DNA of 53,271 nt from a virus (Duplodnaviria > Caudoviricetes): the IMG/VR virus record IMGVR_UViG_3300032130_000001, positions 1 through 53,271 of that record; one strand, 5' to 3'. Under the pieces are notes generated by a model. That model worked only from the letters and a program-made list of their open reading frames with translations, was not told the origin of the DNA and did not search any database. Both the position numbers and the translations under genes were made by a program. Of the stretch, positions 17,611-26,902 are shown piece after piece; within the stretch, counting starts at the first letter, position 1, and the number at the start of each line of letters is the position of its first letter.

Positions 17611-18255
17611 ATGAATATCGCAGTCATAGCAGGTCATCTTGCATTTGGTTTAATAGCATTCTCGTTCTTGGTTAAAGATATAATGTGGCTTAGGGTTTTA
17701 TCCATAGTAGCTAGCTTATTTTCTGTATTTTATAATTGGGTTATTCCACCTGAACCTATGTGGATTCCAATAGGCTGGAACTTTGTATTTGTTGGTATAA
17801 ATGTTTTTAACATAGGCATACTGATATACGAAAAGAGACCAGTTTCCATGGAACCAAAATTACAGGAATTGTACGATACTATGTTTAAGTCAATGACACC
17901 AGTAGAGTTTTTAAAAATATCTAAAATAGCTGAGTGGAAGTCTATTAAACCGGGAGAGATTATTATAGAACAGGGTAAAAGGGTTTCTACTTTAAACCTT
18001 ATCTACAATGGTACTATTGATGTAGCCGTTGATGGTAAATGGGTTGCAGAATTAAAAGACGGTCAGTTCGTTGGAGAAATGAGTTTCTTAACGGAAAAGA
18101 AGGCTACAGCCACTTGTATAGTTAAGCACAGTACAGAAATGTTAATGTGGCAACAGCCTGAATTTAAAGAGTTATTGAAGAGAAATCCGTCGTTATACTA
18201 TTCCATACAATCGTTATTAACATCACAGCTTGTAAAAATTAAGAGCGGAAAATAA
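17611..18255 (+). CDS. Popeye-domain-like membrane protein with cyclic-nucleotide-binding domain
   Basis: Three N-terminal TM helices (FLVKDIMWLRVLSI); GEIIIEQG, LIYNGTIDV, GQFVGEMSFL, ATATC. Confidence 0.8.
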   Translation: MNIAVIAGHLAFGLIAFSFLVKDIMWLRVLSIVASLFSVFYNWVIPPEPMWIPIGWNFVFVGINVFNIGILIYEKRPVSMEPKLQELYDTMFKSMTPVEFLKISKIAEWKSIKPGEIIIEQGKRVSTLNLIYNGTIDVAVDGKWVAELKDGQFVGEMSFLTEKKATATCIVKHSTEMLMWQQPEFKELLKRNPSLYYSIQSLLTSQLVKIKSGK

Positions 18256-19167
18256 ATGAAACGGATTACGATTAAAGATAAGAAAATTAGAAGATGGGAT
18301 CATGGTTTACCTGGTATTGAATGGCCGCACATACTAACAGATCACACGTTTAATGCTCCTTGGCTTATTTGGATTAAGAAAGAATTTAAGAACCTTCTAA
18401 AATCAGTAAGCAATGATAAGCTAGGAAAAGATCAAATAAACAGTGATGGTTCTTTTAAACCGGGTGTTAATACTTTTATGACACCAGATGGATTAAAGGA
18501 AGTTTCTTCGTTTAGTAAAGTATTAATGTTTCATCCGCATGGAGTAGATAGGTGGGCCGAGACTATTAGAGAATTAATACACTTAAGTCCAGATAGATCA
18601 ATAATAGAACAGTTACGTAGAACGTATGTCACAATGGTTCAACTAACGCTAGTATTTCCAAATTATATTTATGGATGGCATACGGATACAGATCTTAAAC
18701 GAGTTAGTGGAGTTTGTTATATCGGGAATAATGGATCGGGTACTATTGTAAAATCTAGCAGTAATATTGTAACTGTTCCATGGAATGATAATAGAGCATT
18801 TTGGTTTTGTGGTTCGAGTACAGATAGAGAAGAGGCATCACTGTCTAGTAAACGTAGAAGTGAAGTGTATAGCAATGGAAATGATTTGTTTGAAGATGAG
18901 TGTGATCCACTGGTAACGTTTCACATGTATAAGAATGAAACAACTTTACCCAGGAAAATATGCAATGTAAACATTATAACAGCTGCAAACGCTATAGGAA
19001 TAATAGGATTGTGCGACGATGCTAGTAGATGGGGAAATCATGGAATTCCGTTTAATGATATGTACAATCTATACGGAAGAAATGAAGCCGGCTTACAACT
19101 AAACAAATGGGATTTTAGAGTAGCTTCTGCAAAACGTAAAGATAAGAATGTAATACGTTATATATGA
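18256..19167 (+). CDS. 2OG-Fe(II) oxygenase, paralog A
   Basis: YGWHTD, GTIV, WNDNRAFWF, TFHMY, RKICNVNI. Confidence 0.7.
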   Translation: MKRITIKDKKIRRWDHGLPGIEWPHILTDHTFNAPWLIWIKKEFKNLLKSVSNDKLGKDQINSDGSFKPGVNTFMTPDGLKEVSSFSKVLMFHPHGVDRWAETIRELIHLSPDRSIIEQLRRTYVTMVQLTLVFPNYIYGWHTDTDLKRVSGVCYIGNNGSGTIVKSSSNIVTVPWNDNRAFWFCGSSTDREEASLSSKRRSEVYSNGNDLFEDECDPLVTFHMYKNETTLPRKICNVNIITAANAIGIIGLCDDASRWGNHGIPFNDMYNLYGRNEAGLQLNKWDFRVASAKRKDKNVIRYI

Positions 19168-19168
19168 T

Positions 19169-20056
19169 ATGGCTAAATTAAAAAAAATAGGAAGACATCA
19201 TAAAATTATGTGGCCTCATCAGGTAACAGATAATACTTGGGATGATCATTGGGAGAAATACCTTAATAAGACGTTTGAAGCTGGAAAGAAAAAAGTTATA
19301 GAAGGTTTTCCTAAACAGTTAAACGAGGACGGATCATTTAAACCAGGACATACAGAGTTACGCGGTAAACGAGGAGCAGTTAATGGAGAAGTGATTGAAG
19401 AGTTCGAAGATCTTCCTATCAATCACATTTCATTTTATGTTCCATTTTGTGCACCAGCTGAGGGTAGATGGTCTGAAGTAATAGATGATTTATTTTGTCA
19501 CGCGTGGGATATTGGAAGTATATCTGAAACTGAATATATGTCTAGTTGTTATATGTCATTTATACAGTTGAATATAATTCCCTCGGGATTTTCATACGGA
19601 TGGCATTTGGATGCAACATATAAATACATAAGTAGTGTTACCTATTGGGGAGAAGATGGTGAAGGTACTATTTTGAAGTCTAATCATAATCAAGCTCAAA
19701 TAGAATGGAAACATAATAGAGCGTTTTGGTTTGTTAGATCACCGCTTGGTATGGAATTGAAAGACCCGTTATTAAGTAAAGAGTTATTGAATAAGGTATA
19801 TGAAGATGATACGTATCCATTTCATGAACCGTGTAACGAACAATTAACATGGCACAAGTATGTGAATACCAAATCTGCATTTAGATACTCAGTTAACATG
19901 TTTATGATTAATCAAACGGATGCATTGGGATTAATGGGTCTTGATGATCATTTACCAGGAGATATTAACCCACGTCCAAAACCAGTATCATTCGGAGAGT
20001 GGTTGATATGGAATATTCCAGACCAATCGCTGGCTAAGAAGAATGGTGAAATATAG
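19169..20056 (+). CDS. 2OG-Fe(II) oxygenase, paralog B
   Basis: YGWHLD, GTIL, WKHNRAFWF, TWHKY, RYSVNMF. Confidence 0.7.
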   Translation: MAKLKKIGRHHKIMWPHQVTDNTWDDHWEKYLNKTFEAGKKKVIEGFPKQLNEDGSFKPGHTELRGKRGAVNGEVIEEFEDLPINHISFYVPFCAPAEGRWSEVIDDLFCHAWDIGSISETEYMSSCYMSFIQLNIIPSGFSYGWHLDATYKYISSVTYWGEDGEGTILKSNHNQAQIEWKHNRAFWFVRSPLGMELKDPLLSKELLNKVYEDDTYPFHEPCNEQLTWHKYVNTKSAFRYSVNMFMINQTDALGLMGLDDHLPGDINPRPKPVSFGEWLIWNIPDQSLAKKNGEI

Positions 20057-20070
20057 GTAGACAAACTAAA

Positions 20071-21228
20071 ATGAAGTTAGGCGTAATGATGGTGCTTCGA
20101 AACGAGGCTGATACTATGGATGAATTTCTTCAACATTATATTGGTGAAGGTGTTGATCATTTTTATATTGTTGATAACGAAAGTACAGATAATTTATACG
20201 ATGTATTGAAACCGTATAAGGATATTGTTGATGTATTTCAATGGAAAGTTGAACGTAGAAATTGGCATCAATATGTTTCGTTTAACGATAACTTTGCTTA
20301 CTTTCATAGAGGAGCATTTCACTGTGATGCGTACAAATTAATTTTGTCAAAAAGTACATTAGTAAGGAATATGGATTGGGTTATTCAGGTTAATCCCGAC
20401 GAATACATGTACACAAGACACAGATATAATAACATCAAAGATCTATTAGAACAAGAAGGAAATACATTTACAACCATAAACGTTGCATTAAAAAACTTTG
20501 GTCCTGGAAATACAGTAAAGCAGCCAAAAAGTATTGTTGAGGGTTTTACGTGGAGAGCAGGTTATCCATTAACTGGAAGAGGTAGATTGTCTTCTGTAAA
20601 ATCAATTACTAAAACGGAAGTTTTTGATACTCAACCAAAGATAGATAAAAATATTGGAGTTCATGCTAATAGACTAATTGGAGTAGAAGAACCGGTTACT
20701 GCTAATATGAGATTACAATTATTTTCTGGAAGTTCACCAGCACATAAATTTAAAAGCTTAAGAAGTGCAAGCGAACAATGGTACGATCTAGCATTCATTC
20801 ACTGTAATCATTATCAAATACAGAGTTTGGAACATTGGTGTAAACGTGCAAAAAATATAGTACAGTGGCCTAAACACGGACATCCAGACTATGCTGCAGA
20901 TGGAATAAAAAGATGGTCCTTTAGGTACGAACGTTTAAGACAACACTTGTTAACTAATGAAACAATAAGTGATAAGCTTAAAGAATCAAGCACTTTTATG
21001 GACTGGAAGGCTAAGCGTGATATTGATTCTGCACGAAATATACGTCTTGGTCAGATGAAGCCAAGGTATGTTGAGGGTGAAGGGAATTATGCTTCACTTG
21101 AGATTAATAGAAAGAACTGGAGTAGAGCAGATCTTATGTGGTTAACGAATAGATATGAAACACATTGGGCTCATCATGGTAAAGAAGATACAGAATTAAG
21201 AGACAGAAAAAAAAATGAAAAAAAGTGA
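20071..21228 (+). CDS. glycosyltransferase family 2/92-like (GT-A)
   Basis: LRNEA..EFLQHYIGEGVDHFYIVDNESTD, WVIQVNPDEY, VKSI, IHCNHYQIQS. Confidence 0.85.
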   Translation: MKLGVMMVLRNEADTMDEFLQHYIGEGVDHFYIVDNESTDNLYDVLKPYKDIVDVFQWKVERRNWHQYVSFNDNFAYFHRGAFHCDAYKLILSKSTLVRNMDWVIQVNPDEYMYTRHRYNNIKDLLEQEGNTFTTINVALKNFGPGNTVKQPKSIVEGFTWRAGYPLTGRGRLSSVKSITKTEVFDTQPKIDKNIGVHANRLIGVEEPVTANMRLQLFSGSSPAHKFKSLRSASEQWYDLAFIHCNHYQIQSLEHWCKRAKNIVQWPKHGHPDYAADGIKRWSFRYERLRQHLLTNETISDKLKESSTFMDWKAKRDIDSARNIRLGQMKPRYVEGEGNYASLEINRKNWSRADLMWLTNRYETHWAHHGKEDTELRDRKKNEKK

Positions 21229-21270
21229 AAATAAACATGTACATTAACCGGTTTTTACGTGTATATTCTA
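21225..21270 (+). promoter_or_regulatory. repeated early-type promoter element, copy 2
   Basis: GTGAAAATAAACATGTACATTAACCGGTTTTTACGTGTATATTCTA. Confidence 0.75.
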
Positions 21271-21310
21271 CTATAACAAATGATTAAAAAATAAGCAATA
21301 GAGGTTACCA

Positions 21311-21670
21311 ATGAAAAATTTAAACGAAACAACATATACAAATAAAAATATCATCGCTTGGACTGATTACTCGGGTGAAAGAACCCGCATTATTGATATT
21401 CCATTTATAGATCTCATGAGAAAGACTAAACATATTGAGGCTGGAGTTGAAGCAACTGAAGGTGAAGTTAAAGAAGTTTGTGTCGTTTGGTGGTTGGATG
21501 GAGAAGATGTAATGATTGAGCAGATTTACAATAATGATACAGGCGAAGTTTACTTTGAAGACCATACTGAGGATTGGACTGAGGATGATGAAATTCTCAT
21601 TAATGGAATACTAATGTGGGCTGATATAGAAAGTTATTTAATGAGTACTGTGTATGGTGCTGGATATTAA
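21311..21670 (+). CDS. hypothetical acidic protein
   Basis: GAGGTT RBS directly behind the promoter copy. Confidence 0.7.
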   Translation: MKNLNETTYTNKNIIAWTDYSGERTRIIDIPFIDLMRKTKHIEAGVEATEGEVKEVCVVWWLDGEDVMIEQIYNNDTGEVYFEDHTEDWTEDDEILINGILMWADIESYLMSTVYGAGY

Positions 21671-21683
21671 TAGGGGAGAAAAT

Positions 21684-21875
21684 ATGCCGTTAACAAAAAA
21701 AGAATGGTTAAATGAAACTGTCTGGGTAGATGAGTTTGGTAGACCGTATAATCTATCAGATGTTCCAATGACTTACATGACACGGAGCGAATCATTTAAA
21801 AAACAAAAATTTGATAATAAAAAAATAAATAAATTATTTAAAGAGGAAGTGTATGGGGGATTTCGTAGTGTTTAA
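21684..21875 (+). CDS. hypothetical protein
   Basis: GGGGAG RBS. Confidence 0.55.
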   Translation: MPLTKKEWLNETVWVDEFGRPYNLSDVPMTYMTRSESFKKQKFDNKKINKLFKEEVYGGFRSV

Positions 21876-22107
21876 AGATAAACAAGTAAAAGAAGTATTG
21901 GATAAATTGCAAGATGCATCTGATAATATAGAATATGGACTAAGTGAAGTTTACAGTGCTGAATCTAATCTGTCAAGTATTGAGGGTTTAGATGAAGTAT
22001 CTAGTGCTAAAGATTATGTTAGTCAAGCAGAGTCTTATTTGTATGAGGCAAAGGATCAAATGGTAGAGTTACAAACGATGATTAAAACCATTGGAGCTCT
22101 GTCATGA
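21853..22107 (+). CDS. hypothetical helical protein
   Basis: GAGG RBS; heptad pattern. Confidence 0.6.
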   Translation: MGDFVVFKDKQVKEVLDKLQDASDNIEYGLSEVYSAESNLSSIEGLDEVSSAKDYVSQAESYLYEAKDQMVELQTMIKTIGALS

Positions 22108-22625
22108 AAATACCGTTAACAGATAATGATCGAGCGCTTGCTAAAAAACATACTAGAAAGGGATTTAAAGGTCGTAAGAAATTTAACGATCCACTTAGGC
22201 AATCGTATTACCCAAACCTTTCTGAAATAGCCGTAGCAAAATATTACGGTGTAGAATGGCAACCGTTTGATGGTGTTAGAGGACCGGATGTCTATTTAGT
22301 GGACGGAACCGGTGTTCAAGTTAAGTGTGTATTGAGTTCAGATTATTACAAAAAATTTGTAGGATATGAATTAACCAAATGGGAATGGGAACAAAAACGA
22401 GGATGTGATAGGGTTGCATTTGTTTTTGTAAACGATAAGGAAGCTGAGATAGTATCTATACTAGATTATAATACTGTTCTACAAAAGTGTATGCCAATGA
22501 ATAAGTTGATGAGTGGAGATTCTGCTAATCTCAGTGCCGATTGGACTGGTATACCAAAACAGACTTTGAAGGGCCTAGGGATTATGGAGGAATATGAAGT
22601 CACCAACTACAATGAATCTGTTTGA
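22104..22625 (+). CDS. possible PD-(D/E)XK-family nuclease
   Basis: SEIAVAKY...GPDV...VQVKC. Confidence 0.4.
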   Translation: MKIPLTDNDRALAKKHTRKGFKGRKKFNDPLRQSYYPNLSEIAVAKYYGVEWQPFDGVRGPDVYLVDGTGVQVKCVLSSDYYKKFVGYELTKWEWEQKRGCDRVAFVFVNDKEAEIVSILDYNTVLQKCMPMNKLMSGDSANLSADWTGIPKQTLKGLGIMEEYEVTNYNESV

Positions 22626-22706
22626 GATTTATGAATACATACAAAAATTAGAACGCAGAATAAAAAAAGTCGAAAAGAAACTTAGTCGAAGTCAAAGGAG
22701 AAAATA

Positions 22707-23297
22707 ATGATTTTAGATAGTTTACTGGCAGGAGTTATGCTCTTTAGTTCTTTTGCCATGCGATCACCAAATGTACAGCCAAATCCAGATGACTATGAAT
22801 TTAGTATTGGATTAAGTCATAGTAATTTCTATATTAATCGTCAATGGGAACGAGAACTTGGCGGAAAATATATTGATGATTTAGTTTGGGCAAAGTTAGA
22901 TCACGTAGGATATTACTTTAAGCCTGAGTACATGAATAAAGAGAGTCAGAAAATTAAGTATATGAAGATGGATTGGCGTAGATCGTGGAAGGATATATCG
23001 CTTGGATTTACTACTCGTTCAACAACCGATGCACTAGATGTGTATGATACATTTGCTTCTGTTGGTATAAGCAAGAAGAAAAAATATAAAGATGATAAGA
23101 TAGAAGTAGAAGTATCATTCGATGGTTATATGCCACCAGACGAGAGTGGAGAAAATACTACATTTGAATACGAAGATAAGTTTAAAATATCTTGGAAGTT
23201 AACAGAAAAAGTTAGACTCTATAATATGGGTGAGGTAGCAAAACTCAAAGGTAAAGAGTACTATAAAGCTAAAATAGGAATTGAGGTTTCTTTATGA
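22707..23297 (+). CDS. putative outer-membrane beta-barrel protein
   Basis: Signal peptide, amphipathic beta pattern, C-terminal YKAKIGIEVSL. Confidence 0.55.
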   Translation: MILDSLLAGVMLFSSFAMRSPNVQPNPDDYEFSIGLSHSNFYINRQWERELGGKYIDDLVWAKLDHVGYYFKPEYMNKESQKIKYMKMDWRRSWKDISLGFTTRSTTDALDVYDTFASVGISKKKKYKDDKIEVEVSFDGYMPPDESGENTTFEYEDKFKISWKLTEKVRLYNMGEVAKLKGKEYYKAKIGIEVSL

Positions 23298-23854
23298 AAA
23301 AATTTGCATCCACAATGATAACAGGAATGATGTGTGCAGCTGTCACCATGTTTTTAACATACTCTATGATACACATGTCAAAGGTAAACAATAAGATAAG
23401 CGAATGGGAAGAAGCGTATGACGTAATACATAAAGATGTGTCGACGTTTGTTAAAGTATCTGATCCAAAAACTATTCGTCTGTATGTCAAGGAATTAAAT
23501 AAGATACTAGATGAAATACACTTCTTAAGTAGAATGGTTGAGAGTGGGCAATTAGCAGATGAAGGATTGACAAAGATACTAAATGAACAAGTCAAAATGA
23601 ATAAGAAGATTCTAGAGATGGTAACACTGAAAGCTCATAATAAAACTAGAGATGATATTGAAGATTTATCAGATCGAACCGTAGGAGCTTTAGATCAAAC
23701 GTATGAAGATATGATGGATATTGATGACAAGCTGGATAAGACAAATAAAAAGATTCATCAACAATTAGATAATATACAAGATGAGATTGATGACATCAAA
23801 AAATTATTAAAGACAATGAATAAAAAGAAATTTATGCATACACATAAGGAATAG
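23294..23854 (+). CDS. membrane-anchored coiled-coil protein
   Basis: N-terminal TM helix; heptads. Confidence 0.65.
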   Translation: MKKFASTMITGMMCAAVTMFLTYSMIHMSKVNNKISEWEEAYDVIHKDVSTFVKVSDPKTIRLYVKELNKILDEIHFLSRMVESGQLADEGLTKILNEQVKMNKKILEMVTLKAHNKTRDDIEDLSDRTVGALDQTYEDMMDIDDKLDKTNKKIHQQLDNIQDEIDDIKKLLKTMNKKKFMHTHKE

Positions 23855-23856
23855 TT

Positions 23857-24069
23857 ATGCCACGATCAAGTTGGGCCTCATTGGGCCAATCTATACAAGA
23901 ACTGTTAACTACTATTTATCATACTGTGATAGTCGATAAGTTACCAGAAAAATTAAAAAATGATGAGCCGGCTCCATACATTGATGATGTAGATGAGACG
24001 GATACTGACAAACCGATGGATTGGTCAGATATTGAATTAGAAGAAGACGAGGAATTTTTAGGAGTATGA
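23857..24069 (+). CDS. hypothetical acidic protein
   Basis: AAGGA RBS. Confidence 0.55.
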   Translation: MPRSSWASLGQSIQELLTTIYHTVIVDKLPEKLKNDEPAPYIDDVDETDTDKPMDWSDIELEEDEEFLGV

Positions 24070-24416
24070 CTAAATTATCGTTAATGTTTACGTACATGAT
24101 ACTAGGAAATTTCTTAGCATGGTTTCAATTACAAGGTCAGTTTATGAATGGTAAAATATCAGAATTGATGAAACAAGATTGGACAGTTATTATTTTAGGT
24201 GTACCGATTGGTTGGTTATTTTGGAGATCAGCAACGTTATCTTATGAATATTTTGGTGCAGTTTGGAACATTAGACTTATTGGGTTTGGTGTTGGAACTG
24301 CAATATTTGCAGTGTTAACCATGGCTATATTAAAGGAGCTTCCTGGTTGGCATTCAATAATATCGATAATTTTGGCAGTCGTTATCATTATGTTACAATT
24401 TGCCAATTTAAAGTAA
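24066..24416 (+). CDS. small 4-TM membrane protein (DMT/SMR-like topology)
   Basis: Four hydrophobic helices in 116 aa. Confidence 0.6.
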   Translation: MTKLSLMFTYMILGNFLAWFQLQGQFMNGKISELMKQDWTVIILGVPIGWLFWRSATLSYEYFGAVWNIRLIGFGVGTAIFAVLTMAILKELPGWHSIISIILAVVIIMLQFANLK

Positions 24417-24436
24417 TTAATAGCAAGCGAGGAAAT

Positions 24437-24730
24437 ATGTTAATGGAGAGAAATAGATTATCTGACTATGAAAAATTTATAGTTATGGCAGATAATGTTC
24501 GTGGAAGTTTTACAGGAGGCATGCAGGCCTTTATAGGTTTTAAAGAAGTTTTAAAAGCATGTCAAGAATGTAGTAAAAGTGATTCTGATGATTTTACTTG
24601 GAATGGAAAAGTTACGGTAAAACCCGTAACAAGAATCGATGCACAAAAAATGCTAGATGATTTCGATAATATCCGGTGGAATCCGTTATTCAGAATAGTT
24701 GCAAACAAATTAAATATAGAATTACGATAG
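24437..24730 (+). CDS. hypothetical protein
   Basis: GAGG RBS. Confidence 0.55.
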   Translation: MLMERNRLSDYEKFIVMADNVRGSFTGGMQAFIGFKEVLKACQECSKSDSDDFTWNGKVTVKPVTRIDAQKMLDDFDNIRWNPLFRIVANKLNIELR

Positions 24731-24793
24731 TCATAGTGTCATATTAGTTTGCCATATATGGCTTTTAGTATGTCATGATGGCATATAAAAAAG

Positions 24794-24811
24794 TTTGGCA
24801 TACTATTTGCA
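24794..24811 (+). promoter_or_regulatory. sigma54 (RpoN) -24/-12 promoter of hsp20
   Basis: TTTGGCATACTATTTGCA has exact GG-N10-GC spacing; TG(T/C)CA palindromes lie upstream at 24751-24762 and 24769-24785. Confidence 0.7.
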
Positions 24812-24886
24812 CTATATACCCTGGGTACGCTAATGATTTAGGTACCCCATAGTTGATTAAAATAATAACAAAAAAGGAGAACTAAA

Positions 24887-25369
24887 ATGAGTTTAGTTTT
24901 AAAACATCCCACCTTTCCCGGGATTTCAAGAGATAACTTTCTAACACCATTCGATCGTCTGTTTGATACGATGTTCGAATCTAACTTTCCAGAAATTGTT
25001 GATACTGTCGGCGTAAGACCGTTCGAAGGTACAGCATATCCAAAGGTTAATGTATATGAACACGAGGATAAAGTTGGTGTAGTTGCGGAAATACCTGGTA
25101 TTTCTAAAGAAGATCTTGCAGTTGATGTAGAAGATAATGTGCTAACAATAAAGGGTTCAAAACATGGAGCTATAGGACGAGCGATGGAAGAAAATGCTAC
25201 AGTACTTCGTAGAGAGTTAAAGCATTCATCCTTTGAACGTAGGTTTACGTTAGGAGAATCTTTAGACGGTGATAATATAAAAGCACGGTTTAAAGATGGT
25301 ATTTTGTCTATTGATATTCCTAAGACGGAAATCAAAGAGCCAAAAAAATCCTTTGTTAAAATCTCATAG
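24887..25369 (+). CDS. Hsp20/alpha-crystallin small heat-shock protein
   Basis: PKVNVYE..AEIPGISKEDL..LTIKG..SFERRFTL..ARFKDGILSIDIPK and a C-terminal VKI motif. Confidence 0.95.
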   Translation: MSLVLKHPTFPGISRDNFLTPFDRLFDTMFESNFPEIVDTVGVRPFEGTAYPKVNVYEHEDKVGVVAEIPGISKEDLAVDVEDNVLTIKGSKHGAIGRAMEENATVLRRELKHSSFERRFTLGESLDGDNIKARFKDGILSIDIPKTEIKEPKKSFVKIS

Positions 25370-25398
25370 CTAGTTTAACATTACGGTTACAAAAAAAG

Positions 25399-25431
25399 AT
25401 GGAGCGGTGGATTATTCTGCCGCTCTATTTT
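25399..25431 (+). terminator. intrinsic terminator after hsp20
   Basis: ATGGAGCGGTGGA-TTAT-TCTGCCGCTCTAT stem followed by TTT. Confidence 0.7.
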
Positions 25432-25436
25432 GATTT

Positions 25437-25507
25437 GCGAGTATCGTATAGCGGTAATACCCCAGCCTTCCAAGCTGGTGACGTCAGTTCGATTCTGTCT
25501 ACTCGCT
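25437..25507 (+). tRNA. tRNA-Gly(TCC)
   Basis: Acceptor GCGAGTA/TACTCGC, anticodon arm CCAGC-CTTCCAA-GCTGG, T-loop TTCGATT, discriminator T. CCA is not encoded. Confidence 0.92.
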
Positions 25508-25573
25508 CAACGGGATATTCCAAATGCAGTTAATATCACTTCTTGATACTAACGGACTACATAATATAATTAA

Positions 25574-25759
25574 ATGAAAATAATAAGAGCATCTAACGGC
25601 AAATTATATTTAGTATTATATGTATATCATAATGGATTACCTGATGGTCTTACTAATGAAGTTGCAAAGAAACAATGGGGTTGCAATACTATTTTGAGAG
25701 GACCGGACGGTATTTATATGTGTAACGAAGTCATTGACGCAGAATTTGAGGATCTATAA
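25574..25759 (+). CDS. hypothetical protein
   Basis: 61-aa ORF on the coding strand. Confidence 0.55.
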   Translation: MKIIRASNGKLYLVLYVYHNGLPDGLTNEVAKKQWGCNTILRGPDGIYMCNEVIDAEFEDL

Positions 25760-25882
25760 TGTTGAACGACAGTACAAGAGAAAAGTTATTTGTGCTGTTG
25801 ATAATGGTTATTATGGCTGTGTCTTTTATATTACACATACCAAAATATATAGAAGTTTGGAATAATACTAAAAGGATCGATA

Positions 25883-26734
25883 ATGGAATTTATTAAGAGT
25901 AAAGTGTTTCCTTATATAGTTGCATTGAGTGCAGTGTTAGTTGCTTTTAGTGCGGCTTTCTTTTCTGTATTTGGATTATCAAAATTATTTGCCGGTGCAC
26001 AGACGTCAGTAGTTATTATGGCTGGAAGCCTTGAATTCGCGAAACTGGTTGCGGCGTCTTTTCTTTATAGATATTGGACAAGAGTACCAGTATTCTTAAA
26101 GAACTATTTACTCATCGGCACACTTGTTCTAATTTTAATAACATCAGCAGGAATATTTGGTTTTCTGTCTAATGCGTATCAGGGTGCAACTACAGAATTT
26201 GAAAAGCAATCTACTGTACTGATGTTTAAAGAAGATCAGTTAGAGCAGTTAAAGGAAGATAAGATATTTCTTAAACAAGAATTAGAAACTGCAATCTCTG
26301 AACTACCAGAGAATTATAGAACAGCAAAGTCAAAATTGAGAGATGAGTATCAACCACAAATATCAGAAATAAATCAAACTATTCTCAATACTAAACAGGA
26401 AATAGGAGATTTAAAAACAAAGTTAGTTGATACGGGTGTAGATGTCGGACCTGCAATTTACTTGGCTAGAATATTTAATACAGAAATTGATACGGTTGTA
26501 AAGTGGTTCATATTCATATTAATATTTGTGTTTGATCCGTTAGCCGTATCTCTTGTTATCGCAGCAAATATAGCATTTGAGTTGGCGTATACGTCTCGTA
26601 AAGAAGAATTATCAGAACCTAAAAAGAAGAGTAACTGGAAATTCTGGGAGATTTATAAGGATAAAAATCCAGATGATGCTACAAAATCAGAATTCGAAGT
26701 TAAACGAGTAGATAGAGAAGATAAAAAACTTTAA
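25883..26734 (+). CDS. membrane protein with TM helices flanking a coiled coil (conserved large-phage type)
   Basis: SAAFFSVFGLSKLFAG..LEFAKLV..ITSAGIFGFLSNAY..VGP..IFVFDPLAVSL. Confidence 0.75.
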   Translation: MEFIKSKVFPYIVALSAVLVAFSAAFFSVFGLSKLFAGAQTSVVIMAGSLEFAKLVAASFLYRYWTRVPVFLKNYLLIGTLVLILITSAGIFGFLSNAYQGATTEFEKQSTVLMFKEDQLEQLKEDKIFLKQELETAISELPENYRTAKSKLRDEYQPQISEINQTILNTKQEIGDLKTKLVDTGVDVGPAIYLARIFNTEIDTVVKWFIFILIFVFDPLAVSLVIAANIAFELAYTSRKEELSEPKKKSNWKFWEIYKDKNPDDATKSEFEVKRVDREDKKL

Positions 26735-26739
26735 AAAAA

Positions 26740-26785
26740 GTGAAAATAAACATGTACATTAACCGGTTTTTGTTTGTATATTCTA
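26740..26785 (+). promoter_or_regulatory. repeated early-type promoter element, copy 3
   Basis: GTGAAAATAAACATGTACATTAACCGGTTTTTGTTTGTATATTCTA. Confidence 0.75.
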
Positions 26786-26902
26786 ATATAATAAATGAGA
26801 AATAAATAATGAACTTGAATATAAATAGCCCGTGTCTTATTAGACGTAGCGATAGTGCTGAAACAAGTGGGAAAGGGCGTAAATCCACATCGAAAATTTT
26901 TT

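Noticed and set aside
24838-25335. Minus-strand ORFs such as this one, 37239-37841 and 52978-53235
   Set aside because: They are antisense shadows of well-supported plus-strand genes.
25437-25507. tRNA as a Sec or UGA-suppressor tRNA for the selenoprotein
   Set aside because: The anticodon is TCC (Gly), with a 7-bp acceptor stem and a short variable loop. No tRNA-Sec is seen in the window.
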